Shown here in pieces: positions 1-9,665 of a stretch of DNA of 64,000 nt. The stretch covers positions 51,273 to 115,272 of the forward strand of contig JAURJQ010000022.1 of assembly GCA_030832185.1 (NCBI GenBank), read 5' to 3'. The notes beneath the pieces were generated by a model. That model did not search any database, had not been told where the DNA came from, and saw only the letters and a list, made by a program, of their open reading frames with translations. The position numbers were made by a program, and so were the translations under genes. Each line of letters starts with the position of its first letter. Positions within the stretch are counted from its first letter, which is position 1. The DNA comes from Chitinophagales bacterium (lineage in GTDB: Bacteria > Bacteroidota > Bacteroidia > Chitinophagales > JADJOU01).

Positions 1-104
1 TAGAAACAGGAGCTGCATCCGCAGCTGATGAGATCTTAAATCAGTTGAGATTAAAAAGAGTACATCTTAAAGATGAACTCTATGAGATTTTGAAACAAGC
101 ATAG
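1..104 (+). CDS. Partial (3' end) small protein, YdcH/DUF465-like
   Basis: Frame from nt 3 reads ETGAASAADEILNQLRLKRVHLKDELYEILKQA*. The LxxxRxxLKDEL ending resembles DUF465. 5' end lies outside the window. Confidence 0.6.
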   Translation, partial: ETGAASAADEILNQLRLKRVHLKDELYEILKQA

Positions 105-214
105 TCTATTTTGCTAGTCATTAGCAGAATCAGTCAATTAATGACTTTGACCTATTAATTAATTAATTATTTTAGTAAAAATATGACCAAAAACTTCGAT
201 TAGGTCACTAAATT

Positions 215-940
215 TTAATTGAAATTTAGAAGGTCCTCCATGGTGAAAAACCCTTTCTTACCATAAATAAATTCAGCTGCACGGACAGCACCCACAGCAA
301 AACCTTTTCTACCTTTGGCTTCATGACTTATCTGTATATAGTCTATTTCAGACGTATAATTTACATGGTGAGTTCCTGGCACATGTAGCTCACGAATAGC
401 TGTAATTGGAATAATATCTTCAGAAAGCGCTTTATCTAAAGACCACGATGAGTAACGATTGCTGCTACTAGCAATAATGTCATTCGCTAGTTTTATAGCC
501 GTACCACTAGGAGCATCTTTCTTTTCGGTATGGTGTATTTCCGCCATCGTCAATTGATATTCATTAAATGGTCTCATGAGCTTAGCTAAATAAGTATTGA
601 GGTGAAAAAAGAGGTTTACACCGATACTAAAATTAGGAGAAGCAAATAGGCTATGGTTATTTTCCAAGCAAATTTTCTTAGCTTTTTCCAATCCTTCCGC
701 CCAGGAGGTAGTTCCTACCACTATAGGTATATTGGCTTCAAAACAAAGCATGACATTAGAATAGGCAGATTCTGGCTGAGTAAAATCAATTGCCACATCG
801 GCCATTCTTAAATTTGAGACAGTAAGTTGACCTTGATGACTACTGCCTATTTTCAATACGATTTCATGTCTTCCTTCTTCAAGGACGACTTCTTCAATGG
901 CTTTACCCATTTTGCCATAACCTAGTAGTGCAATTTTCAT
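215..940 (-). CDS. dapB: 4-hydroxy-tetrahydrodipicolinate reductase
   Basis: GYGKMG Rossmann motif, DVAIDFT, VVGTT and the EIHHTEKKDAPSGTA signature. Confidence 0.97.
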   Translation of the reverse strand: MKIALLGYGKMGKAIEEVVLEEGRHEIVLKIGSSHQGQLTVSNLRMADVAIDFTQPESAYSNVMLCFEANIPIVVGTTSWAEGLEKAKKICLENNHSLFASPNFSIGVNLFFHLNTYLAKLMRPFNEYQLTMAEIHHTEKKDAPSGTAIKLANDIIASSSNRYSSWSLDKALSEDIIPITAIRELHVPGTHHVNYTSEIDYIQISHEAKGRKGFAVGAVRAAEFIYGKKGFFTMEDLLNFN

Positions 941-946
941 ACGTTA

Positions 947-1528
947 TCATTTAAAATTGAATGTACATGTGAGTGAAGGGACTGGCTGTGTTGTGGTATA
1001 GTTTCGCATATCGAGGTTGAGTTGCATAGATAGGTCATCACTAACATCAAAATTCATAAAATGCGCATCCACAGTAGCATCTATAATATTCAATCCATAA
1101 AATAATACCCCGAAAAGTAAATACATGTCCCGTTGATTTCGGTATACATTTTTGGTGCTTTGAACTACAGATACATTCGTTATTCCATTGAGGGGAATAT
1201 CATTGCTCACATCTGAATCGAGAAGCGATAAATAGGAAGTTTTAGCATCTTGATATCGATTGTTTTCATTGATCCATAGATAACCTAAACCAGCTAGTCC
1301 ACCCCAAACTATAGGAAGTTTCCAATATTTTCTATTATAAATTTGTCCGGCTCCAGGAGCAATAGCAGATAAAATTGCTGCGGTCTTTGGACTATGATTA
1401 GGGTAAGCCTTCTTCTTAGTTTGACTTGGCAAGGATTTGCCATTCTCAAGAAGTCTCAAACTATCACTTTGACTGCAGCTAATGAGAGGTAGAAGAAGAA
1501 AATAAGATAGGATTAGAATTAAGCGCAC
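947..1528 (-). CDS. DUF5683-family membrane protein
   Basis: SPKTAAILSAIAPGAGQIYNRKYWKLP and NIIDATVDAH motifs. Sits between parB and dapB as is usual in Bacteroidota. Confidence 0.85.
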   Translation of the reverse strand: MRLILILSYFLLLPLISCSQSDSLRLLENGKSLPSQTKKKAYPNHSPKTAAILSAIAPGAGQIYNRKYWKLPIVWGGLAGLGYLWINENNRYQDAKTSYLSLLDSDVSNDIPLNGITNVSVVQSTKNVYRNQRDMYLLFGVLFYGLNIIDATVDAHFMNFDVSDDLSMQLNLDMRNYTTTQPVPSLTCTFNFK

Positions 1529-1530
1529 GC

Positions 1531-2433
1531 TTAGCTAATAAGTTCGATAAGACGTTCTAAATCTTTTTCATCAGCATAGGATAGAATCAACTGACCATCC
1601 CCTTTATCATTGTGTTGTATGGTTACCTTCGTACTCAGGTGACTAGAAAGATCATCTTGCCAACGCTTTACAAAAGGAGGCTGGCTTTTAATTTCTTTAG
1701 TTGATCTAGGTGCGCGCTGACTGCTGCGCTGTGCTACTAAACTCTCCGTCTGTCTTACAGATAAATGTTTAGATACTACTTCTTTAAATATAGATAGCTG
1801 CAGATCAATTCCATCAACACCAGCTAAGGCTCTCGCATGGCCCATAGATATTTTGTCTTCTCTTACCGCTACCTGGATATCTGGTGGCAGTTTGAGAAGT
1901 CTTATATAATTTGATATAGTTGCTCTTTTTTTACCTACTCTATCCGCTAATTCTTCATGATTCAGCTTGCATTCGTCAATTAATCGCTGATAATTCACCC
2001 CAATTTCTATTGCATTGAGTTCTTCACGCTGAATATTTTCTATCAAGGCCATTTCTAAGGCTTCCTGGTCATTGGCCGTGCGAATATATACAGGTACTTC
2101 TTTCAAACCCGCTAGATGAGAAGCTCTCCATCTGCGTTCACCTGATATAAGTTGATACTTATTGGTTCCTGTCAACTCTCTTACTGTCAATGGTTGAATA
2201 ATGCCGTGCACACGTATCGAGTTGGCCAAATCTTCCAAGGCATCTTCATCAAAGTTGACACGAGGCTGAAACGGATTGACTTCAACTTTATCTAAACTAA
2301 TCAGCTGAGTATTGGTAGTTTTTGGCTTTTCAGCTATCAGCATATCCTCTTCTTCATTAATTTGCTGATTAATATCACCTAGCAAGGCTCTGATTCCTTT
2401 TCCTAATTCTTTCTTTTGATTCAATTTGGCCAT
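1531..2433 (-). CDS. parB: Chromosome partitioning protein ParB/Spo0J
   Basis: LGKGIRALL N-terminus, NPFQPR, GERRWRA, ENIQRE motifs and an HTH region. Confidence 0.97.
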   Translation of the reverse strand: MAKLNQKKELGKGIRALLGDINQQINEEEDMLIAEKPKTTNTQLISLDKVEVNPFQPRVNFDEDALEDLANSIRVHGIIQPLTVRELTGTNKYQLISGERRWRASHLAGLKEVPVYIRTANDQEALEMALIENIQREELNAIEIGVNYQRLIDECKLNHEELADRVGKKRATISNYIRLLKLPPDIQVAVREDKISMGHARALAGVDGIDLQLSIFKEVVSKHLSVRQTESLVAQRSSQRAPRSTKEIKSQPPFVKRWQDDLSSHLSTKVTIQHNDKGDGQLILSYADEKDLERLIELIS

Positions 2434-2442
2434 TTCTTAATG

Positions 2443-3228
2443 CTATTTATTTTCTATTGTTTTCTTCTCGTTGTTTTCGATTAACTCTTTAGCTAGGTGC
2501 AGATAATTAACAGAACCTTTACTTTCTATATCAAATGCTATAACAGGCTTCCCGAAGCTAGGTGCTTCGCTTATTTTTGAATTTCTATGAATAATGGTAT
2601 TAAATACCAAAGATTCAAAATGCTGTTTGACTTCCTCCACAACTTGATTGCTCAAGCGCAATCTAGAGTCATACATGGTAAGCAACAATCCTTCTATACT
2701 CAGGGCTGGATTGAGTCTTTTTTGAACTATTTTTATGGTATTGAGAAGTTTTCCTAATCCTTCTAATGCGAAATATTCACATTGCACTGGAATGATCACG
2801 CTATCCGCAGCCGTTAGTGCATTGACCGTGATAAGTCCAAGAGAAGGTGAACAATCTATAATAATATAATCATAATCGTTTTTTATCTTAGCGAGAGTAT
2901 CTTTCATGATAGTCTCCCTCTGCTCATGCTGAATGAGCTCTATCTCTGCTCCTACTAGATCTAAGTGAGAAGGGAGAATAAATAAGTTAGGGGTATCCGT
3001 AGGGAGAATGGCCTCCTTAGGGTCTATGGAATCAATCATACACTCATAAAGGCTTTTTTCAATAGATTTAGGATCTAGTCCACATCCGGAAGTGGAATTA
3101 GCTTGAGGATCTGCATCGATAAGAAGTGTCTTCTTATCCATTGCCGCTAAACTAGCAGATAGATTAATGGAGGTAGTTGTTTTACCTACTCCTCCTTTTT
3201 GATTGGATATTGCTATAATTTTTCCCAC
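2443..3228 (-). CDS. parA: Chromosome partitioning ATPase ParA/Soj
   Basis: KGGVGKTT deviant Walker A, DADPQAN, IIIDCSPS. GTG start. Confidence 0.97.
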   Translation of the reverse strand: MGKIIAISNQKGGVGKTTTSINLSASLAAMDKKTLLIDADPQANSTSGCGLDPKSIEKSLYECMIDSIDPKEAILPTDTPNLFILPSHLDLVGAEIELIQHEQRETIMKDTLAKIKNDYDYIIIDCSPSLGLITVNALTAADSVIIPVQCEYFALEGLGKLLNTIKIVQKRLNPALSIEGLLLTMYDSRLRLSNQVVEEVKQHFESLVFNTIIHRNSKISEAPSFGKPVIAFDIESKGSVNYLHLAKELIENNEKKTIENK

Positions 3229-3263
3229 GCCTGTATATCTATATTTATCAACTTAAAATACGA

Positions 3264-3271
3264 CAAAACTA
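3264..3271 (-). promoter_or_regulatory. Bacteroidota -7 promoter element (TAGTTTTG) of the parA operon
   Basis: Matches TAnnTTTG, 35 nt upstream of the parA start. Confidence 0.6.
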
Positions 3272-3308
3272 TTTGTTTTTGACTAAAAAAGGATAGCGAA
3301 TTATAAAC

Positions 3309-3359
3309 AAAAAAAAAGAGAAACCTTTATACTCAATAAATTGATTATTAGGTTTCTCT
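3309..3359 (-). terminator. Rho-independent terminator of the upstream T9SS gene
   Basis: AGAGAAACCT/AGGTTTCTCT stem followed by a T-run on the minus strand. Confidence 0.65.
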
Positions 3360-3443
3360 ATGCTTTAACGACTTTTGAAAAAGACGATTACGCTTAGTTT
3401 ATTCACATGTCAAATATCTATGTTTAAAACATGTGAATATTTA

Positions 3444-4799
3444 TTATTTTATTATAGAAAACTGCTTATAAAGCTGATTGTTCGACGTTTGTATATTTAA
3501 TATGTAATTGCCTTGCGGTAAAACATCTAATTGGGTTAACTGAAATATGTTCTCACCTATGTTTAGTTTAGTTTTATCCTCTCTCACCACTTTTCCCGAT
3601 AAGTCAATAACTTGTATAGAGACAGATTCATTGAGAGTAGCATCCATGTATACATGCATGGTATTGGTCACTAGGGTAGGGAAGACTGTAAAGTTAAGTG
3701 CTGATAAAGAAGATATGCTGCTACCAGTACTTACAATATCTGATAATTTACGTGGTAAAAGTTGGTACCCCATTGTATAAGTAGTACCAGTTGTTTGATC
3801 AAACTGACTTCCCATTCCAGTGATAGAGTATGTTTTCCCTGAAGTAATAGCAGCTGGTGCGCTAAAATTAGTGGATGGTTTATTTTCAATTCGAATACTA
3901 AACTCTGTATTAGCCGAATTTTTCATCTTGAGTTCAAAAGCTGAATCTGCTAACCAATTTCCACTAGAAAGTGTCAGCCCATCTAGTTTGACAAGTTTGG
4001 CTTCTGAAGCTTCATTTAAAGCCGTAACTACTTGCGGAGCCTTTACAGTACTGAAACCTAATTTTCTAATTGTATCTCCAGTTGCGCTAAACTTTATCTG
4101 GCCTAGGCCTCTGAAATGTTCAATTATACCCGATATTTCTACAGAATCCCCTTCTGCGGCTGTAGGATAAATAGCATATGTTTTTCCTGAGAAAATACCA
4201 ATACAGCCTGTAGCATCACAAATAAACATTTGATAACCTAAATTCGCAGCTCTGCGATTAACACCATATAATACACCTCTGATGCTACATGATTTATTGA
4301 CTGAATCTGGAATACCATTCTTATTAGCTCCTCTCACGGTTCCAATATTATATAATGGTCTTCCTGTGATAGGTGCAGCTACGCTATCTGTGATTACTAT
4401 GAATACAGAGTCAGGGGAACCTATAGTGCCCATACTAGGTTGAGAAATTTTAAAAACAAATGTATCGTTACCTTCGCTGAAGCCATCAAGAACTGGCTTA
4501 AATGAAAATCTTCTTATAGAATCATTATTTCCAAATTGAATTGTATCATATAATAATCCATTGCTAAACTGTTCTAGATCTGTATTGACCATAGCATCCA
4601 TATTTTTACCATATAGTACGAACTTTACACTCATGAGCATAGACATAGGCATTGAATTACGAATATCAATATTGATCAGCGAACCGCCTTCTTTTCTTGG
4701 AATAATTCTATTGGCTGGAATGCTTTTCAGACTAAATACTTGTGCCTGACTTCCTGAATACACGAGTATAATACTAATAAGGAGTATAAATTTTTTCAT
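3444..4799 (-). CDS. Secreted protein with OB-fold-like (DUF5689-like) domains and T9SS C-terminal domain
   Basis: Signal peptide. GDSVEISG...FRGLGQI and YQLLPRKLSDI resemble OB-fold repeats. C-terminal VFPT...DLSGK...GNYILNI...K fits a type A CTD. Confidence 0.7.
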   Translation of the reverse strand: MKKFILLISIILVYSGSQAQVFSLKSIPANRIIPRKEGGSLINIDIRNSMPMSMLMSVKFVLYGKNMDAMVNTDLEQFSNGLLYDTIQFGNNDSIRRFSFKPVLDGFSEGNDTFVFKISQPSMGTIGSPDSVFIVITDSVAAPITGRPLYNIGTVRGANKNGIPDSVNKSCSIRGVLYGVNRRAANLGYQMFICDATGCIGIFSGKTYAIYPTAAEGDSVEISGIIEHFRGLGQIKFSATGDTIRKLGFSTVKAPQVVTALNEASEAKLVKLDGLTLSSGNWLADSAFELKMKNSANTEFSIRIENKPSTNFSAPAAITSGKTYSITGMGSQFDQTTGTTYTMGYQLLPRKLSDIVSTGSSISSLSALNFTVFPTLVTNTMHVYMDATLNESVSIQVIDLSGKVVREDKTKLNIGENIFQLTQLDVLPQGNYILNIQTSNNQLYKQFSIIK

Positions 4800-4869
4800 G
4801 AATTAATTATTGATTTTTTGTTATCTGCAAATTTAATTAAAAAACTTGAGATTTATATTAAATAATTGT

Positions 4870-6357
4870 TTACTCTATGAATAATCTAATAGATTTCCGT
4901 CTTTCACAAGTTTTTAGCTCCAATATATAATTGCCGGCACCTATATTAGTTAAATCATAAAGAATAGCATTTTCACCTTCATTTACAGTTGTTTTTTCCT
5001 GGTGAACTCGCTGCCCTTTGAGGTCATACAAACTTATTTCTAAAGGAGAAATTTTATCGTAATAGAGTTTTATCGTATATTTTTTAGGCTCATGCTGATA
5101 ATACCAGACATCCCAGTTGTTTTTTTCATTAGCAGATAGGGCATTATTTGAATTATTTACTACCAGACCTTCGCATGTTTTCAATAAACGTAAATCATTA
5201 AAATCAATACAATCAATCCAGTTAGGGAAATCTATAAAGGGATTTCTAGACCCCTGAATAGATGCTATACATTCATTTCTAGCTATTTCAAAGTTATCAG
5301 GAGTATCTTGCTTAGCCCATTGCTTGAGAAGAGATTGCTGCTGATTTTTGGCAAAAGAACTAAGACCCGTTTTGAGTCCCCAGTTATTACCTAAAAGGCT
5401 GTGATAGCAGACCTGCATATAAAATATACAGCGAGCAGCATTCCCTTTATAATTGTCTTGTGGCTCGAAACAATTATTGGTATCACTGTAATTCGAGATA
5501 TTTTCAGAATATCTGGCTATGCCTATAGATTTTACTGATTTGGTGGGTATTTTGAATACATAATCACTGCGCAGTTGATTAGTAAGACCATCCGTTAAGG
5601 TCAAATTATGATAATCAGCCCCTTCAGGATAATCAACCAGATTGCCATTTGGAACCCCTCGGAAGTTCATCCAATTTTTGGGTAGTGTGTGTTCACGGTT
5701 AAAGTTAGTTGCAGAGAATGAAAATTTACCTGTATAATATGCCTTGATATTAGAATATTCACAAGCTACAAATTTCTTCGATTCATTACTTATAAATGTA
5801 TCTTTTTCATACAATTCAGGTACAAGATTTTCATCAAATCCATCATAGCTTAAAAAAGTATGATTTCTGAGTAAAGCCCCCAATTTGGATAAAAATACAG
5901 CCTTATTCGTATCTAAATTCGAATAATAATTGCCAATAGTTCTGCCTTTAGTTCTTACTGTGAGCCTAGGTGGATTCGTTTGATTATAAAAAATACCATT
6001 CGTATTGTTATTAAACGTATAAATAGCTAAATAGTAATCTGTATTGGCTACCAAACTATTTACTTTATGATTTATAGTATTCGTCCCTTTATAGAATTTC
6101 TTGAGCACTTTAATATCTCCTGAAATATTAGAGCCTACTCCATAAAATTTATTGGTCAGCGAGAGACTAGTCAGCGGAGAACGAGATATGATAAGTATGG
6201 CACTATCACTAGAAGTAGGTACTTTAAAGGATATATTGAACTTCCAAGCGAAGGTTTCGGTTACTTGCAATTCAGATACTTGCTGAGTCGGCATTTGTCC
6301 ATAGACTCCATTCACACCAAAAATACTACAAAAAACGAAAATAATTAATAATCTCAT
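4870..6357 (-). CDS. Secreted endonuclease I (His-Me finger) family protein with T9SS CTD
   Basis: NREHTLPKNW, DYHNL, KGNAARCIFYM and QGSRNPFID motifs, plus a CTD (YDLKGQ...GNYILEL). ATG at 6357 is preferred over the track's TTG at 6378 because the promoter motif TACATTTG (6376-6383) overlaps the latter. Confidence 0.85.
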   Translation of the reverse strand: MRLLIIFVFCSIFGVNGVYGQMPTQQVSELQVTETFAWKFNISFKVPTSSDSAILIISRSPLTSLSLTNKFYGVGSNISGDIKVLKKFYKGTNTINHKVNSLVANTDYYLAIYTFNNNTNGIFYNQTNPPRLTVRTKGRTIGNYYSNLDTNKAVFLSKLGALLRNHTFLSYDGFDENLVPELYEKDTFISNESKKFVACEYSNIKAYYTGKFSFSATNFNREHTLPKNWMNFRGVPNGNLVDYPEGADYHNLTLTDGLTNQLRSDYVFKIPTKSVKSIGIARYSENISNYSDTNNCFEPQDNYKGNAARCIFYMQVCYHSLLGNNWGLKTGLSSFAKNQQQSLLKQWAKQDTPDNFEIARNECIASIQGSRNPFIDFPNWIDCIDFNDLRLLKTCEGLVVNNSNNALSANEKNNWDVWYYQHEPKKYTIKLYYDKISPLEISLYDLKGQRVHQEKTTVNEGENAILYDLTNIGAGNYILELKTCERRKSIRLFIE

Positions 6358-6778
6358 CAAAAAGGAACAAAGAAGCAAATGTAAACAAATTTATCTTCAT
6401 AGAATTTAAAAAAAGAGTTTAAAGTATTAATAATAAAATAGCTGAGAGCTCAGGCAGAGGATAGTCCATTGTATTTGTTTAATTCTTCTGAAATTCGGTC
6501 ATTAGCTCGGAGTGATTTACTAGAAATTATAAATCGATCAAAAAGGAACGAAGGAAGCAATTAAATAATTTAAAGAAAGAAATATTTAGTTTATTTGCGT
6601 AATTAAATTTAAAGCCACATTAGATCATCTTATAGGGTCTCATCGGTGACATAGTAAGTGACTGTTCGAAGCAATTAGGCGCTAGACTCCGCTATATGAA
6701 AGCTTCTTAAATTACTATATGGTATATCTTAATTTTTTTTATAGTAAGTTCTTCGGAACTGTCTTTATTTAATCTAGT

Positions 6779-8092
6779 ATGAACTCAAATAACATAGACT
6801 CATTTAATGCAAAAGGCCCATATAGAATAGGTCTCGTTACGAAAGGATCCAGAGGCGATATTCAACCATTTATAGCCTTGGCTATAGGCTTGAAAAAGCG
6901 AGGTCATCAAGTGACGATTGTCACGTTTAGGAATTTTCAAAAACTTATTGGCGACTATCAGATTGATTTCATACCTCTAGACCTCAATATGGAAGAAGAG
7001 GTCTATAATGAAGAGGTCATGGAGGTAACCCGCACCGGCAGCCTGCTAAAATTTGCGCTGCTACTGAGAAAACATTCGGACAAATATCTAGACAAAACTA
7101 TTCATGATATAGATCGCGCTTCTGAAAATTTTGATTTCATCATCGCGAGTGGATTGGCATTTCCCAATATATTGCCTGTAGTAGTCAAAAGGCATATCAA
7201 ATACGCTATACTCAACTTCAGTATGCCGTATTCAATAACCAAGGAATTTCCCTCCATTGGCTTTGAATTTCAGAATATTCCTATCATAAATAAATGGTCT
7301 TATACCATATTTGCCTATGCATCTTGCATTTTATTTCTTCTGAGAGAAGTCAATCTCTCCGCTCAATTTTTAAATTTGCCGAAATGGAGCTTAACTCAGC
7401 TTCGAAAGGAATTTCAATTAAACAATCGATTGATTTTACATCCTATGAGTCAGCAGCTGCTCCAGCAGCCTCTAGATTGGCCTAGTAATTCTGCTGTCAC
7501 CGGTTTTTTGAACCTTCCATCAGCAGTGAGAACCCAAATCTCAAACGAACAAATCTCTTCAGAGCTCCAAGCATGGCTAGAATGTGGAGAAAAACCAATT
7601 TATATTGGCTTTGGTAGTATACCCATACCCGATCCAGACCTTATGGAATCCATCATTTCAAGACTGCTTCACGAAACCCAACACCGCATTGTATACTGTC
7701 ACGGCTGGACGAAGCCTTTCTTAACCCTAGAGCATAAAAATTTGTTTCTAGTCGATAGTATCAATCATGAATGGCTCCTACCTAGGTGCAAACTAGCTAT
7801 TATTCATGGGGGTATAGGCACCGTGGGAGCTGTCTTGCTTGGTCAAATTCCGATGATCATAGCATCTATTCTGGCGGACCAACCCAATAATGGCAAGTTA
7901 ATAACTAAAAAGAAGCTAGGAGTTCATATTCCATTTAGAAAACTGAGTTACGATAAACTATTAAAGGCCATAAATCTCATATCAACCGAAGAGTATACAC
8001 TCAACGCCCATACTACGGGCGCCAAAATGAAACAAGAAAACGGGGTAGAGGAATCTGTGAAATTGATAGAGGATTATTTGAAGGAGCGATAA
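6779..8092 (+). CDS. GT-B glycosyltransferase (GT1/GT28, sterol 3-beta-glucosyltransferase-like)
   Basis: GSRGDIQPF...RGHQV N-terminal motif, PIYIGFGS, HEWLLPRC...IHGGIGT...DQP UDP-sugar binding motif. Confidence 0.85.
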   Translation: MNSNNIDSFNAKGPYRIGLVTKGSRGDIQPFIALAIGLKKRGHQVTIVTFRNFQKLIGDYQIDFIPLDLNMEEEVYNEEVMEVTRTGSLLKFALLLRKHSDKYLDKTIHDIDRASENFDFIIASGLAFPNILPVVVKRHIKYAILNFSMPYSITKEFPSIGFEFQNIPIINKWSYTIFAYASCILFLLREVNLSAQFLNLPKWSLTQLRKEFQLNNRLILHPMSQQLLQQPLDWPSNSAVTGFLNLPSAVRTQISNEQISSELQAWLECGEKPIYIGFGSIPIPDPDLMESIISRLLHETQHRIVYCHGWTKPFLTLEHKNLFLVDSINHEWLLPRCKLAIIHGGIGTVGAVLLGQIPMIIASILADQPNNGKLITKKKLGVHIPFRKLSYDKLLKAINLISTEEYTLNAHTTGAKMKQENGVEESVKLIEDYLKER

Positions 8093-8268
8093 AGGATGTG
8101 TGAAAAATACGGACTGTAAGTATTAGCTTTAACTCTTAGCCTTTTAAACTCATTCTTACCAAAGCTTAAAAAAGGCGACGATTTCTGACTGTAAAGTATC
8201 AATATGATTTCCCATAGCGTACAAAATATAATGATATTCTAGGAAAACCTTAGTTAACATAATGTAAA

Positions 8269-8784
8269 TTATAGGACATTTAAAACAATTGGATTGATAA
8301 TAGAATAATACGGTGAATCTATATATTCTGTTCCTTTCCGGACGTTGGCTCGCAAGGTTCCTTCGTAAAGCATTCCAGCTTTAATCATTACTTTCCCTGA
8401 AGCAGGATTCATTGGGTTATGAGTCGCGTAAATTCGGATGAGATTAAATTCTTCAAAACAAATCTGGATAATCAATTTCAATGCTTGAGTCATATATCCA
8501 TTATTTCGATAATCCTTACCCATCCAATATCCAATTTCCGCCTGCCAATCTTTGGATTGATTGAAATTAATACCAATCACTCCTATTAATTCAGTTTTAT
8601 CATCTAGACAGATAGCATATTGCTTTGATGTGGTATTCAAAACAATATGATCGTAAAAGTAGCGGGCGTGCTCATAAGTATATGGATATGGCACATTGAG
8701 TGTCATTTCACTAATTATAGAATCTTGACACAGCTCTACGATTCTGTCTAGGTCTGACTCTACTATAGGTCTTAAATTAATCAT
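8269..8784 (-). CDS. RimJ/RimL-type GNAT N-acetyltransferase
   Basis: EIGYWMGKDYRNNGYMT and NPASGKVMIKAGM motifs. Confidence 0.9.
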   Translation of the reverse strand: MINLRPIVESDLDRIVELCQDSIISEMTLNVPYPYTYEHARYFYDHIVLNTTSKQYAICLDDKTELIGVIGINFNQSKDWQAEIGYWMGKDYRNNGYMTQALKLIIQICFEEFNLIRIYATHNPMNPASGKVMIKAGMLYEGTLRANVRKGTEYIDSPYYSIINPIVLNVL

Positions 8785-8801
8785 AAATTATTGATTTCAA
8801 A

Positions 8802-9665
8802 CTACTTATAATTTATTAAATAAAGTGATACTAAAGCCAAAAAAAGTCCAAATATCTTCAACCTATCTAATTTTTCTCGGAAAAGGACGAGGCCAATGCC
8901 TACACTTAAGATCACAATAGACAAATTATTGACCATAAATAAACTCGAACTCTCCATATTAAACTCTTTTTGCATTTCTTGCAGCGCTTTAACCAAAAAA
9001 TAAATGGAAAAATAGTTTGGAATACCCAAAGCGATACCCCCTGTTAAGCTTTTAATATCCCACTTCATTCTCTTAAATAAAACGAAAGCTATACTCGAGG
9101 TAGCAGCACTTAAAAAAGCTGTAAATGAGAACATTCCATTTGAAGCTGGCACAGGAAATGATTTCTGTATGAGTTGCACAGCACTATCGCATAGTCCAGA
9201 ACCAAACCATACGAGAATTGGAAGTATAAAAATAAGCTTATCTTGCTTATAATCAACGTCTTTACTAGGCTTGTTTATAAAGTAAATCGAACTAAAGCCT
9301 AAAAGTAAGCCGACATAGTTAATCCATTGAAAATCTTCACTATAGAATAAAATTCCGATAAGAACTGGAAAAACTACGCCGAGTTTCATGGCCACACTCG
9401 TAATACCCATTCCTACTTTCTGAGTGGTCATTTTGCTGAGATTGAAAATGAGGGAAAACATAAATCCAAGACAACAAGAAATGGCAATCCAATTTATATC
9501 GGGACCAGACAAAGGAACAGGCTGAATAAAGAATAAACCCACAAAAGCCGCCACCAAATAGTTAGTAGCTATGGCTAATACCGAATTGATCTTATATTTC
9601 TCAAACAACTTAAAGAAAATCAATAAACTAGAAGAAAATAGTATGCTAAATAGTAAATAGATCAT
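8802..9665 (-). CDS. EamA/DMT-family transporter
   Basis: About 10 hydrophobic segments in two repeats; LGIPNYFSIY and LFREKL. Confidence 0.8.
   Translation of the reverse strand: MIYLLFSILFSSSLLIFFKLFEKYKINSVLAIATNYLVAAFVGLFFIQPVPLSGPDINWIAISCCLGFMFSLIFNLSKMTTQKVGMGITSVAMKLGVVFPVLIGILFYSEDFQWINYVGLLLGFSSIYFINKPSKDVDYKQDKLIFILPILVWFGSGLCDSAVQLIQKSFPVPASNGMFSFTAFLSAATSSIAFVLFKRMKWDIKSLTGGIALGIPNYFSIYFLVKALQEMQKEFNMESSSLFMVNNLSIVILSVGIGLVLFREKLDRLKIFGLFLALVSLYLINYK

Noticed and set aside
3229-3443. Replication origin next to parAB
   Set aside because: Only two DnaA-box-like sites in a short gap that is largely explained by a promoter and a terminator.
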